Position numbers and translations under genes: made by a program
Assembly: GCA_951406725.2 (NCBI GenBank)
Contig: OX597825.1
Location: 15,086,001 to 15,148,000 of the forward strand
Origin: Octopus vulgaris
Lineage: Eukaryota
Reading direction: 5' to 3'
Length of the DNA: 62,000 bases
In this document: positions 15,820 to 29,644 of the stretch, piece after piece
Layout of the letters: each line of letters starts with the position of its first letter
How positions within the stretch are numbered: the stretch's first letter is position 1
The notes under the pieces: model-generated
Told to the model about the DNA's origin: nothing
Database searches by the model: none
What the model saw: only the letters and a program-made list of their open reading frames with translations

Positions 15820-16377
15820 TTGAGATGTCCGAAAAGTTCTTGCCGATTTTAAGAGGAAAATAAAAGGTCAATAAATACTTGCCATTACATTTTTAATCAA
15901 CTAATTATGAACCATTTTGAACATCTCCATCTTTCCTTCAACTTGAAAATACCCCCTTCCCAGAATCGAGGTGGTTTCATGGCAAATAATTAATCAAGGT
16001 ATCTTTTTACGTCATACAAGGAATTGAAATTTTTACCATTAAGACTATTCTGCAGAGACCCAAATAAGTGGAAATCCGAAGGAGCAATATCTGGTGAATA
16101 TGGAGGGTGGGGTAACACATCCCAGCCGAGCTGCAGCAATTTTTGTCTGATTCCCAAAGCATCAAGTGCCGAAAACGAACTTTCTTATCTTCCATTTTAA
16201 AGGGTTACAGAATGAACACAGGTTATAGGAACATAAACCTTCTTCCACGAAAAGATAGCTTAAAATGTGCTCTAAATGGAGGTGTGTTTAAATAATATCT
16301 TATGGACTGAACTATGTTCTAAAGTAAGTCGAAATGTAAGCTACTATAAATCGGCACGAACTTTCCGGACAATCCAA
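15820..16377 (-). mobile_element. Internally deleted mariner (MITE-like), 558 bp
   Basis: ~30-bp TIRs (TTGAGATGTCCGAAAAGTTCTTGCCGATTT and its inverse); N-terminus MEDKKVRFRHLMLWE joined to C-terminus RQKLLQLGWDVLPHPPYSPDIAPSDFHLFGSLQNSLNGKNF; TA at 15818-15819. Confidence 0.9.
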
Positions 16378-19300
16378 GAGAAACAAAAACGTAACTAAAC
16401 CAAAAGTGAGATTATTTATGGCTAACAATATTCTCGTATTTGCCACTAATGCTTCTAGAACTGCAGCGAATATTGAAGTTTCTATTTCAAATATTCACAT
16501 TTTCACCTATTGTAGAACTCTTTCTCTAGCTATAGAGTCGCACGGAAATATATTTTATATTTTATAGAATATAAAACTAGAAATTTGAAAGAACCTTTAT
16601 TTCTGAATAAAAAAAATAAATATATAAATGTAAATAGACATTCATGCTCAACTTTTCAAGCAAGACTGTTAGGTTTTATATTCTATTTAATATTATTTCA
16701 TTGAAAACATTCTTTTTATTCCTACGAGTTTAAAGAACATCTCTCTTGAATTCTCACAAGTCTTTATCAATAATGGACAATATCTTTCAAAAGGTAATCT
16801 ATAGATTTCTGATCAATAATTCTAACTTGAGTATCATTTTTGCTTCAAAAATAAACGTAATGTTTTCTGTAATATTATTTTTGTCATCGTTAGTACTTTC
16901 TTAGTTTTCAGAGAAAAACTTTATCCGAAACTACATTGACTGTTTTTTTTTTCTTTTCTTTCAATAATAACACAGGATTCAATACTAACGCATTTTAGTA
17001 ACTTTGAAATAGGTTTCTGCATATTGTTTGCCATTGTTGTTCCTGCTGCTTAACCTTTTTCTAGCCAAGTAAATGTCAGCTGTGTTCATGATTAAAGGAC
17101 TAAAGTATTTTTGAAATTTCATGAAATTCATAACAATTGAATTACAAAAATATATTGCGTTCCTCAACGTTTCTCGTTATTTTGTTTTTAAATTTTCATA
17201 TTCACTAATCTGTAAAGGAGGAGTAATGCCAGTGGCCATTTTCTAAACCCAACCTCTTATAACGAGGAGTTGGTGCACACAGAGACATTTGATGGACGCA
17301 ATGTTTATCTGGAATTGATGGAAGTAGTTATTATTGTTGCTGTTGTTATATTAATAATTTTTTAAAATTATTATTATTAATAGTAGTGACGATGTTATTA
17401 TTAGTATTGTTCTTGTGTTTCTTTGTGTGTCTGCATGACGCCCCTTCAAATTGCTCGTAATATTTGTTTTCACCACTTTATAAAAGCCTACGTTTAATTT
17501 TGTTTTCTTTCCGCACTTTTTTTCAGACCCGACTGGGTACCTGAGGAACTGTTTAGTTCCATGCTGTTCTTGCTCTTCTCGAGTAGAAGCAATGTTTCCT
17601 GAAACCTGAAGATTTTAAATTAAAACATTGGTTTATTAAATTAAATTTCATTATCGTTATTTATGTTGTTCTTAATTTTATTGTTGTTTATATATCGTCA
17701 GCAAGAGGAGTTACAAAAATATTCATAATAGAAGCAGCGACAGATAACTAGATGAGCGAATCAACTGCTCAACCTCAGAAATCATGCAAATGCTTCCTCT
17801 CGCTACCCGCTTTTATCCAATATGGCATTGGCTAGAATAAACGTAGTGAATACGTATGGTCGCGGTTACGACGGATGCATAGGCACCTGCTGAATAATCT
17901 CAGACCCCAAATTGTAAATGTAATGGCCGTCAGTGCATGTAGAAAAACATAGGCATAAGACTTAACATCGTTTTGCGGTGGCTACGAGTAAAACACATCT
18001 TCATGTTGACTGGGATAATGAAATGAAGTAGTGCTGCTCCAAACGAGCCTGAATTTTACCAACTGAATTGATTCAGAGGTGAAATTCGTGATGTTGGACC
18101 ACATTACCGAATAAGGGCGTGTCTTCTAGATAGTAGCCATCTCGGCCCAGCAGAGGAAGGGCAACGAGATGTATTTAGGCCTAAATATTTTACATTTGTA
18201 ATGCAGATTTCCTTCGGTAATCTTACGGCAATATCAACTTAAAACCTCTAGCTCTGAGAGGGGTAGGTAAGCGCTGATGGGAAAGAGGATCCTTAATAAT
18301 TGACACCTTCAAAGTAGCAAATGCAGATCTCATATTAATAATTACATCTCAAGTAAAACTTTTGCTTCAAAAATAAACGCTGTTCTTTGTTTAAGCCGGT
18401 ATACTTCATTTAAATCGCTAGTACCAGGTTGAATGTTTGGAATTTATAGTCACGGTTTTGTCATATTTCAGTAGACGACGGGAGAACTCTCAGATATTTC
18501 GCTGTCTAGCACATATGTAGAATATTTGAGTGATTAACATATTCAACTTTTATAGATTTACCATAACAGAATCACTCAAATATACAAATATTTCGTTTGA
18601 ATATATTGAAATAAAGATCTAACACTGTCGGTGAATTGAAAGAAGAGATTTCAAACTTAAAACGAAAGCAAAACTGCAGAATTATTCGTATAGTAATATT
18701 AATTTTAATTACATATTTGTATTTATGTCGATTGATTAATGATCAAAGATATTAGAGCTTACTACTAAGTGTTATTAAACAAAGAAGTTATCGCCTCCGT
18801 TTTCTTATGGAACAACGCCTGTGAGATATAATATTAGTAGTGAACTATTCACTTCGTAATATTATCTCCGAGGTTTATTTTATTGTTTGTTTCCTTTAGA
18901 CTATCTTGCAGTTAAAATAACATGAATTCTCTATTTGGCGTCGAAGTATTGTATATATTTTCAACAGAAAGTGTCACACAAAATGGTGAGATACGATAGA
19001 ATCAAGAACCGCTTCCACTTCAATTGCCAGAAATATTTTGAATATATAAATGAGTTTGCATTGAGATGCAGATCAAAGCTAACAGAATAATCTGATTCTT
19101 AATGAAAGACTTCGCTGAGTATTTCAAATATGATTACAATTTTCTTGCACATAATATTTAATGCTTCGAAAAGTCAAATTTTTACCCAATACATTTTATG
19201 GTTTCTAATAGATGCGATTACGATTTTCTCATATTCAATTTCCCATTGAACTCTATATGTCATCTTCCGATGAACACATCATCATTGCTAGAAAAGGAGG

Positions 19301-19869
19301 ACTTTGATCATAATACGAATTTTTCTCATTTTCTTATCTCCTCGGAAAATAGACACTTGCCTAAAATATTTTGTTGCATTTTCTACTCTCGTATTTTATA
19401 GTGTTTGACTATTGTATCTCTTGCTTTCGTAGTTTCTCTGCGTTTATTTAATCATTAAATTAAAAGTACGTGTCAGTAAATAAAGTATTTAAACGCTTAT
19501 AATGAAATAAATCATGTTTTAACAAATTAGAAAATGTGGGTCTACAATGTTTTCTACCAGTCCGGTAGTTGAAATAAACCTTAAACGAATGAGAAATTGT
19601 AATGAAATGATATAAACTATGGAATTGTATAATGAATCCTCGGATGTGACATTTCTCCACAATATACAGACGAAGTACAATGAATATAAAAGAAGTGACA
19701 TCTTCAAAAATGCTAAATCAAAAGACAATTTGAGCTTGCTGATCAAGAACACCTTCATATGTTCAAGTATATTTTACTGCAGCAAAACGACATTATTTTG
19801 TTTGCTAAATAGTTTGGCCCTATTGAAATACAAGTACAACTATTTTTTTGCCATCTGAGTTGACTAGAG

Positions 19870-19978
19870 CAACGGGATATAGCGTGTTTTGCTCAAGGAC
19901 ACAACGCGTCGAAGGAAATTGAACTCAAGACCTTACAATTGCGAGTGGAATGCCCTAACCACTAACCAACGTGCATTC
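19870..19978 (-). mobile_element. tRNA-derived SINE head fragment
   Basis: GCTCAAGGACACAAC..GAACTC..CCCTAACCACT; similar fragments at 58990-59080 and 4495-4630. Confidence 0.55.
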
Positions 19979-20040
19979 ACACATACTATATACACTAAAG
20001 CGAGTATGGAGACATTGACTGTTATTTCATTTTCATGAAT

Positions 20041-20695
20041 GCAGTGATCTGGTTGAATCGTTAGCACGTCGGCCAAAATGCTTAGAAGTATTTCGTCTGT
20101 CTTTACGTTCTGATTTCAAATTCCGCCGCGGTCGACTATGCTTTCGTCCTTTTCGGGTCGATAAATTTAGTATCAGTTGCGTACTGCGGTTGCTCTAATC
20201 GTACTGCGGTTGCTCTAATTTCGGGTCTTGTTCCTAGAGTAGAAAAGAATATTTTTTCTCTCCAAAAATACATTTATATGCCATAGAAAAAAATTTGAAA
20301 ACTTATAATTTTTTTTTAAAGGAGGCGAGATGGCAGAAATGTTTAACGGTATTTCATCTGTCTTTACGATCTGAGTTCAAATTCCGCCGAGGTCGACTTT
20401 GCCTTTCATCCTTTCAGGGCCGGTATATTAAGTACCAGTTGCGTACTGGGGTCGATCTAATGGTTGGCCCGCTCCCCAAAATTTCGGGCCTTGTGCCTAG
20501 AGTAGAAAAGAATCCATAAAACGCCGGGCAAAATGCTCAGCAGCATTTCAACTTACACTGAGATTGAATTTGCCATTCATCCTTCTGGGTCGATAAAATA
20601 AGTACCTGTTGAGCATTTCCCTCGATGTAATCGACTTATCTTCTCCAATCCCACGCCGAAACTTCTGGCTTTGTACCAAAATTAGAGAGCAATAT
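20041..20695 (+). mobile_element. Cluster of three family A-related SINEs (~20041, ~20321, ~20521)
   Basis: Three occurrences of the core; the first two have the tail CCTAGAGTAGAAAAGAAT. Confidence 0.8.
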
Positions 20696-20960
20696 TTCTT
20701 TTGTTATCGAGTTAACAGCGAACTTTTCCTGTATTTCATATTTACAAATAGTCTGGAATAGATGAAAGTAAGAAAATTGTTAAATAAAAGAGTTCAATAT
20801 TTATAATAGAATACACTAAATGAAAAACCAGCTGCCTATTTTTGAGCAGATGTTCAAATTAGCGTTCAGTTTTCTAAGAATGTCCTAACTACATTATCTA
20901 TTTAAGAAGTGCTTTGCTATATTCGTATCTGAATATATATCATATAATTCTTATTTTCAG

Positions 20961-21088
20961 CAAATCAAAAATAGAAGTATACAATGAGGATTATTCTCAC
21001 AAACCTTAATTATTAGTACGATAATCACACATTCCATTCCAAGTACATTCAATGAACCGAAATTTACCATAAGCCTGGAGACGCAGAT
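20961..21088 (+). pseudogene. FN3-like pseudo-exon
   Basis: Acceptor TTCTTATTTTCAG, donor AT|GTAAGG; QIKNRSIQ*GLFSQTLIISTIITHSIPSTFNEPKFTISLETQ, one TGA. Confidence 0.3.
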
Positions 21089-21387
21089 GTAAGGCTGATT
21101 CCAAGTAAAGGAGACCGAACGTATGGCTAGCAATTATTTAAATGAATTCTACAGACGCGGCTGAATAAATATATATTTCTTGTATTTCAGTTTATTGTAC
21201 GATTTAATGCGTAAATATACGTATGTCTATGTCTTTGTTGGAGTGCGCATGGGTGTGTTTAGATAGTACACAGTATATTAATATCCATGTTTTTCCTAGA
21301 AGAATAGCTGATCATGTACTCAAACCAATTCATATATATGAACAGTTACATTAGTACACAATTACATACATATACATAATATCTGCG

Positions 21388-21430
<43 letters not shown>

Positions 21431-21723
21431 TGAAAGATCAATTCCAGTACCACAGGAATGAGACATTCATATTTAAAATGTTAAATTGAATTACTTTCAA
21501 TAATTAATTCTTATATATCAAAATAGTGTTAGAGATAGAACCACCCACAACTTCATCAACTCCAAACGATATTATATTAACCAAGCTATAGAATATTAAA
21601 TATTATACTTATTATTTACATTCATAATCCCAAACTTTTTCCATATTACTGACTACACATGTTTCATGTGTACGTATGGTATTGTTAAGACACAATGTCT
21701 CATTCAAAAATTCATATATATAT

Positions 21724-21879
21724 GGAGTGGTTGTGTGGTAAGTAGCTTGCTAACCAACCTCATGGTTCCGGGTTCAGTCCCACTGCGTGGCACCTTGGGC
21801 AAGTGTCTTCTGTTATAGCCCCGGCCCGACCAATGCCTTGTGAGTGGATTTGGTAGACGGAAACTGAACGAAGCCTGTC

Positions 21880-21921
<42 letters not shown>

Positions 21922-22130
21922 TTGTGTGTCTGTGTTTGTTCCCCTAGCATTGCTTGACAACCGATGCTGGTGTGTTTACGTCCCCGTCACTTAGCGGTTC
22001 GGCAAAAAGAGACCGATAGAATAAGTACTGGGCTTACAAAGAATAAGTCCCGGGGTCGATTTGTTCGACTAAAGGCGGTGCTCCAGCATGGCCGCAGTCA
22101 AATGACTGAAACAAGTAAAAGAGTAAAGAG
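21724..22130 (+). mobile_element. SINE family B
   Basis: Collinear with 5596-6004. Confidence 0.9.
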
Positions 22131-22150
22131 TATATATATATATAATATAT

Positions 22151-22305
22151 TTTCTTTTCTACTCCAGGTTCCAGGCCCGAAATTAGATCGACACTAGTAG
22201 GCAAGTGGTACTTAATTTACAGACCCTGAAAGGATAAAAAGCACAGTCGACCTCGGCGGAATTTGAACTCAGAACGAAAAGACAGATTAAATATCGCTAA
22301 GACAT
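22151..22305 (-). mobile_element. SINE family A fragment
   Basis: GTCGACCTCGGCGGAATTTGAACTCAGAACG. Confidence 0.8.
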
Positions 22306-22431
22306 CGTGCTTCTTATACAAGATGTGTTGCCTCCGAAATCAACTGAATATGTGAGCGAATAATAGCTAATATATTCGCATGAAACCGTTGATCAAGTCC
22401 TAAAGGTACTTCAATACACACGCAATACTCA

Positions 22432-22471
<40 letters not shown>

Positions 22472-22618
22472 AAAAGCAATAAAGATTCAAGTTAATTTAA
22501 AAGAATTTACTTGAATATGGTACCTAACTTAGATGCACCAAAAAAAACTATACTGATTTAACAATACAGTAATGTGGGGTGATTATAAGCGAGAATGAAG
22601 CAACAAGAATGGATAGGT

Positions 22619-22708
22619 TTTTAGTACAATCGTTTCATACAAGGACAGGTTTATTAAAAGTTGCAAAAATTACAGCATATAAACGTGTCCCGTACTCATC
22701 AGCTAAAA
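22619..22708 (-). ncRNA. Type I minimal hammerhead ribozyme (mirror copy)
   Basis: Reverse complement of the + copy, apart from a 1-nt indel in stem II. Confidence 0.75.
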
Positions 22709-22779
22709 TACATGTGAGTTCTCTAGACATCCTAGTGGTTGAGCCTCAACCACTAGGATGTCTAGAGAACTCACATGTA

Positions 22780-22870
22780 TTTTAGCTGATGAGTACGGGA
22801 CACGTTTATATGCTGTAATTTTTGCAACTTTTAATAAAACCTGTCCTTGTATGAAACGATTGTACTAAAA
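22780..22870 (+). ncRNA. Type I minimal hammerhead ribozyme
   Basis: Stem I TTTTAG/CTAAAA, core CTGATGA 22786-22792, long stem II (GTAC-GGGACA..TGTCCTTGTAT), GAAAC-GATT-GT-A with predicted cleavage after 22864. Confidence 0.75.
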
Positions 22871-23263
22871 ACCTATCCATTCTTGTTGCTTCATTCTCGC
22901 GTATATATATATACATATATGTGTGTGTATATATGTGCGTATGCATATATATGTTACATACATATATGTGTAAGTACATGTAGAAATGAGTGTGTATGTA
23001 TATTAATGCTTCTTTATGGAAATGTGCTGTATAAATCTACATATGAATAGGGAAGGATGTATATAGACATCCACAAGGAGAAAAGAGCAAAAAGGAAATC
23101 AGTCCATATTTACCATTCATTTACAATAACAATATTTAAATATCGTAAATTTTATCTCAGTTATTTAATTATTGTTATACTACTTCATATCCACTTATTC
23201 TTCATTGAATTTCGTTTTGATTTTAAAAGTATTATTGTTTTTTATCGTTGTTGTGCATAATGA

Positions 23264-23299
<36 letters not shown>

Positions 23300-23928
23300 A
23301 TTATTATTATTATTATTATTATTGTACATAGTGTTATCCCTTTTTTCTTCTCATCGTAAAACGCCTTACAACTTCGTTTATTTTCTTAGTACAGCTGTCA
23401 TTTTAAATAAATTCAAGATCGATACTGGAATCGCAGCATGACTACTATGATAAATAATATGAAAAAACAAAATTGAATACATTAAACAAAAGAAAGACGA
23501 CTTCAAGATCGAACTGCAATAGAAATAAATAGATTTGTAATTCAACTCGGCTACAGATCGAACGGAAAGAAAAATAAATTGTATATAATAGGTCACATGG
23601 AGTAACTTTAGCAGAGTTATATATTGAAGCTTTTCTACATCGAACCATCTCTCCATAGATAAAAACGTTACTACATATGGAGTCTGAAGCATATTTGCTT
23701 AAATACAAGTTGAATTAATTATACGCATTTGTATATAAATATTTATATATGTATAACAGTCTGTATTGATATGTATGTGTGTATATTGACAGGTAAACAG
23801 AAAGAGAAAGAGAAAATGACAGATAGATAGATAGATACATAGAATTTACCTATGCGCGTGTCATACACATACATATACATATATATATGCACTCATGCAT
23901 GCATGCATATGTAAGTGCATGTATGGGT

Positions 23929-24008
<80 letters not shown>

Positions 24009-24031
24009 GTATATATATGTATATGTATATA

Positions 24032-24096
<65 letters not shown>

Positions 24097-24274
24097 ACCG
24101 GAATAAAAACATAAATGTGAAACAAGGTGGAAAAAAGAGTACTCAAATACCAGTACATATCGGTTCCATTCTAGCAAAAACTGTCCGATGAACGGCAACG
24201 GGAAACTCAGAGTAACATGTTTTGTTGAATTTTCTGCTGCTTTAAATAAAGTATATATATATATATATATATAT

Positions 24275-24308
<34 letters not shown>

Positions 24309-25728
24309 ATGCTTGTGTGCCTATTAGGTGCACTTGTTGCTAGTGTATATAACAGGGTTTTTCACTTTATATTACCAAAACTGAGGCCAAGCCTGTGCAA
24401 AACTCAAGGAAACGTTTTCTATATGAGCTTCATATACCAATCTCATGATGCTATTACCACAGGCGTTCCGACTCACACCGGCTGTTGCACATCCTGAGCC
24501 GCAGCAGCTGTTTCTTGGATTGGGATTTCCTAAATTATCCTTGGGATCTGGTCATGCGTTTCGTACTTTCGGATATTGTGCCATCTATAGGGTGGAATTT
24601 AGACAGAGATACGGTTTGTATGTTTGTATGGAATTGTTATGAGAAGCCTCGCACAGTTCTTGTATTGTTTACTCGCCTCATTTCTAGCAGTGGGTTTTCC
24701 ACAGCTAAGCCAAGACCACTGCAAGCCCTTCCATGCTACAGAACTGTATATTCGTATTTTTTTCACTGCTCCTCTGAAATTAATCCAATAGCAGGGATAT
24801 GTACATAGTAGACTTCTAAACTGATGGCTGGCTTCACATTTTTCTTCTCGCTATATCTTGCAAGGCATTGTGATTTTACCAGTGTTTAAGCTATGCCAAG
24901 AAAATATATTTTGCCATCTACAATTCTGACAGAATATGATGCAGTGCTGCAGGATATGAGCGACTGCAATATAGTCAGTATTTGCTCGAGGAAAAGTAAT
25001 AAGAGCGAACGAAGCAACTATAGTAGGAAATTGCAAAAAAAAAAGGGGGAAAAGTTGTTCTCTGAACGTCAGTAATCTATGAAAATACTTACCACAACAG
25101 GCATGTATTTTTCCTATCCACAACAAAAATAAAAATGCAGGGAGCAAAGACAACAACCATTCATCATAATATGAGAAAAACGACAGATGTGATAACATCA
25201 TATGTAAATATATCTTGTAGTAGGCAAAGTAGCCATTTCCAATTTAGTACATTACATTTGCCAGTCGGAAAATCAACATCAACAATGTTCGTGAGACGAA
25301 ACCAGTGCGTTAACTGCTTTATACAAGATGCTTTTCATATATTGTCCCAACTGTTGTTTTATTTTGCTATAGTTTTCCTAATTCTATCACGAGAAGGAAT
25401 TGTTTTTGTGATGTTTGGGATAAGAGATTTACTGAATTACCAAGCATGTTTCTTTCTTGTTTTGTTTTGTTTTGGTTGTTTGTTTTTATCAATATCAGAA
25501 CGTTATTCCATTTATCTATTTAGAGACATGAGACTTGAATAAATCTCTTTGAAGAAATGTATAACTTTATGGCTAATATGATTTGAAAAATAAAAGTCAT
25601 GTTTGCAACTATTATCGAATTGTTTACCACTTTTTCACAAAAGAAGAAAAAAAACATTCCTGACAACAACAGGCATACAAGATATTTATCAACAAGCTGT
25701 TATACGTGAAAGAGAAAAAAGTAGAGAT

Positions 25729-26480
25729 AAACAGATAGACAGACGCATAGTAAGACAGAGAGAGACAGAGAGACATAAAGACAGATGGACAGACGTATAG
25801 AAAGACAGAGAGAGACATAGAGACAGAAAGACAGATAGACAGACGCATAGAAAGACAGAGAGAGACAGAGAGACAGAAAGACAGATGGACAGACGTATAG
25901 AAAGACAGAGAGAGACAGAGAGAAAGAAAGACAGCTAGACAGACGTATAGAAAGACAGAGAGAGACAGAGAGACAGAAAGACAGATAGACAGACGCATAG
26001 AAAGACAGAGAGACAGAAAGACAGATGGACAGACGTATAGAAAGACAGAGAGAGACAGAGAGAAAGAAAGACAGCTAGACAGACGTATAGAAAGACAGAG
26101 AGAGACAGAGAGACAGAAAGACAGATAGACAGACGCATAGAAAGACAGAGACAGACAGAGAGACAGAAAGACAGATAGACAGACGCATAGAAAGACAGAG
26201 AGACAGAAAGACAGATGGACGGACGTATAGAAAGACAGAGACGGAGAGAGAGACAGAAAGACAGATAGACAGACGTATAGAAAGACAGAGAGACAGAAAG
26301 ACAGATATACAGACGTATAGAAAGACAGGGAGATACAGAGAGACAGAAAGACAGATGGACGGACGTATAGAAAGACAGAGAGACAGAAAGATAGATTGAC
26401 AGACGCATAGAAAGACAGAGACAGACAGAAAGACAGAAGGACAGACGTATAGAAAGACAGAGAGAGACAGAGAGACGAGA
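25729..26480 (+). repeat. Purine-rich minisatellite of 40/50-bp units
   Basis: ACAGAT[A/G]GAC AGACG[C/T]ATAG AAAGACAGAG (AGAGACAGAG) AGACAGAAAG, about 15 units. Confidence 0.9.
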
Positions 26481-26870
26481 CAGAAGCACAGATACACAGA
26501 CGATATTAAAAAAATTCTTATTCAAACGATATTTCTTCAATAAAACAGTCATACCGATCTCTTTCAAAGATCAATGTTTGGCTAACTTCGTACATGTGAC
26601 TCATCACAATATGGTTTCAAAGTCATTACATTTCTCAGACATGAATTTACCAAATTGTATCAAGACATATTAGTTTTTACCGAATTTGAAATTTCGTAAA
26701 AAGCAATATTAATAAAAATGGTAAAGTTATTATTTTTCTGCTCTTCATATTTTCAAAAGTAGCTCCTGCATTGCTCATTTCTCCTCACTCTTTATCTCTC
26801 TCTCTTTCTTTCTCTCTTTATCTGCCCCCTCCCTCTCATTCGTTCTTCTCTATATATACATACATATACA

Positions 26871-26937
<67 letters not shown>

Positions 26938-27174
26938 TAGAGACAAAACCACTATTAGGCAAATCATACAATGAAAAGCTTAAGCCAATACATAAGATTA
27001 TTTAATTTATATTATTCAAATATATAACAAAATTATTAAAAAATATAATTAATATAACACTACGATCGTTTCATGGCGGTTAATTTCTTTAAATTTTCGA
27101 GTTACAGTCATTCATCATATATATATATACACACACGATTTAACTTATACTTATTTGTCCAAATTATTTATTAC

Positions 27175-27425
<251 letters not shown>

Positions 27426-28105
27426 GGAGATAATATGAGGGGTTTTGTTCTCTGGTGATCTAAACGAATAGGTAAGATGAGTAAGTGCGATAATAGATTA
27501 TCCGTTAGGTTCTATGTTCACAGCTGAAATCCATGGGTTATAAACTGTGAATTTCCCAGTCCAGAACTTTCCTACATACCCACATTGCCTCTGATGACGG
27601 AATACCCAAAGTACGGACATGCTAATCTATCATTTAGGACATTGAAGCAACAGCTGTAAGAATTCAAATTCACCTTATTTAATTATATAGTCTAAATGAC
27701 TTGCGATACCCGTCCTGCCTTGGTTCTTTTTTTTTATTTTTACCGTAATATTATATATATATATATATGCAGAATTTTGGTTAGTTGAAATATGTTTGTG
27801 ACATATTTCAACTGTTAAAGCCAATTACACTGGAGTAACTATGGGGGGAAAAAAATCTTATGATAAAAGTTTGAGAAAACAGTCAATTTGTTCAGTGTTG
27901 CCATGTCTTAGAAACATGAGACATCGATACTTCGAGTTGTTTTACTTTTGTCAATGAGATGTACCTAAGTGCGCTAACATCTCGTATATACCATATAAGA
28001 TATTAATGTATATATACGTATGTGTGTGTCTGTGTTAGTGTGTGTGTGTGCATGCATTTGTGTATAAGTGTGTGTATATATATATATATATATGTCTGTG
28101 TGTGT

Positions 28106-28173
<68 letters not shown>

Positions 28174-28460
28174 CACGTCCTGCTCTTCTTTTGCAAGAAA
28201 TTTACTCATATATTGCACCTTTGAACTCATACAAATTTTCTAGCATAAATCTTTGTTTAGTTGATTTTTTTTTCTTTTCCTATTTAGAAATAGCAAAATT
28301 TATGTTTTGTATATTTTGTATAAAAGGTTCTCTTTTTGTAAACGGTGTAAAATACATTAAGAATTAATTGACTTTAAGAAGAACGATTTTAGATAGCTTC
28401 AGAGTTATTTGTGTTTACTAATGTATTGCTTTTTGGCACTCACGTTTCTCTTCAGTTCAG

Positions 28461-28697
28461 ATGAATATGATCGAAATATCTTTATTAGCAACAAACATTA
28501 TATAACATCATGTCCAGCATACTCCTTCATCAACTTCAATATGACGGCAAATTATTAACGTTTCGAAATCACTGCGACTTTCTATATCGATGCTAATGTT
28601 GGACGCGTATGTAAAAATAATGGAAATAGCCGTTGTTAATGTTTTATTTGCTACCTTCTTGTGTAGGTTGATTCAGTCTAGATTTTGATCAAAGCTG
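28461..28697 (+). pseudogene. Two phase-compatible FN3-like pseudo-exons (28461-28606, 28667-28697) separated by a 60-nt intron
   Basis: Exon A, phase 1 to 0: DEYDRNIFISNKHYITSCPAYSFINFNMTANY*RFEITATFYIDANVGR|GTATGT. Exon B, phase 0 to 1: VDSV*ILIKA|GTGAGA. Both have pyrimidine-rich acceptors. Confidence 0.4.
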
Positions 28698-29605
28698 GTG
28701 AGATTCTCCCCATCTCTTTTTACTCGTAAACTATTCCCATCTCCATTAATTGTAACGCACTGTCTGCTTAACGTCATTCACATTCAATATTGCTAGCTCA
28801 TGTAGACTTGTTCATAGCTTACAGCAGTCAATAACTGGGAAAGATGCCACAATGAAACGTCATACTGAGTTACTTATTGTTTGAAATGCATGAACCATGT
28901 CATTTATTTCAGTTGATGCAATCGCTCATATAATGATTATATTTCCATTTGCTCTTTTTTATCGTTTATGTTTTTTAATGCATTTCTTTATGGAGAGAAT
29001 AGAGTACGCAAATAATTGCAAATATGTGGTACTAAGTATTCAAGTAACAATATACTGCATTCAGTAGTAAAAAAAAAACAAAAACAAAACAAATATATTT
29101 ACAAAGAAAGGAAATAGCTACAAAGCTAACGGACATGATTATCTACATATAATCATTAGACAAAATAACATGAGAAATATTTTTCCATGAATATTATTTT
29201 ACATTATTCATACATCTATCTATCTAGATCGGTGTTTTCATTATTACGTAATATTTGTGTATCTCGTGGTTTACATATTAATATATACACTTCCAATACA
29301 TTTTGTATCTATGCTAAATGGTTGTCTAATCTATATCTATCATTGTATACGTTGGCGATGCAATTGTCATTGTTTAGTTTGTTTTTTTTATTAAGCTTTT
29401 ACCAGGAACGAGGTTAAGATTTCGATTAGATTTGGGGAGCAATTCTATAAATCACTTTATCCGATCTAAATAGGAAAAAACCTAAAAACAAATTACAGTG
29501 GTGACGATGGGTGAGTACAAAGGCGCAATATTTGAGCAAATGTTTTGTAAAAAGAGAAAGCAACAGAATATATATATATATATATACAGAGTGAGAGAGC
29601 GAGAG

Positions 29606-29644
<39 letters not shown>

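Larger units (their letters stand above)
22470..22900. mobile_element. Penelope-like terminal-repeat remnant with an inverted duplication, flanked by (TA)n
   Basis: 155/156-bp inverted arms (22589-22743, 22745-22900) differing by a single 1-nt indel; TA microsatellites on both sides; contains hammerhead motifs. Confidence 0.7.

Noticed and set aside
28915-29030. Hydrophobic stretch as a TM exon (IAHIMIIFPFALFY..)
   Set aside because: T-rich sequence gives hydrophobic translations by default, and FN3-like segments continue downstream.
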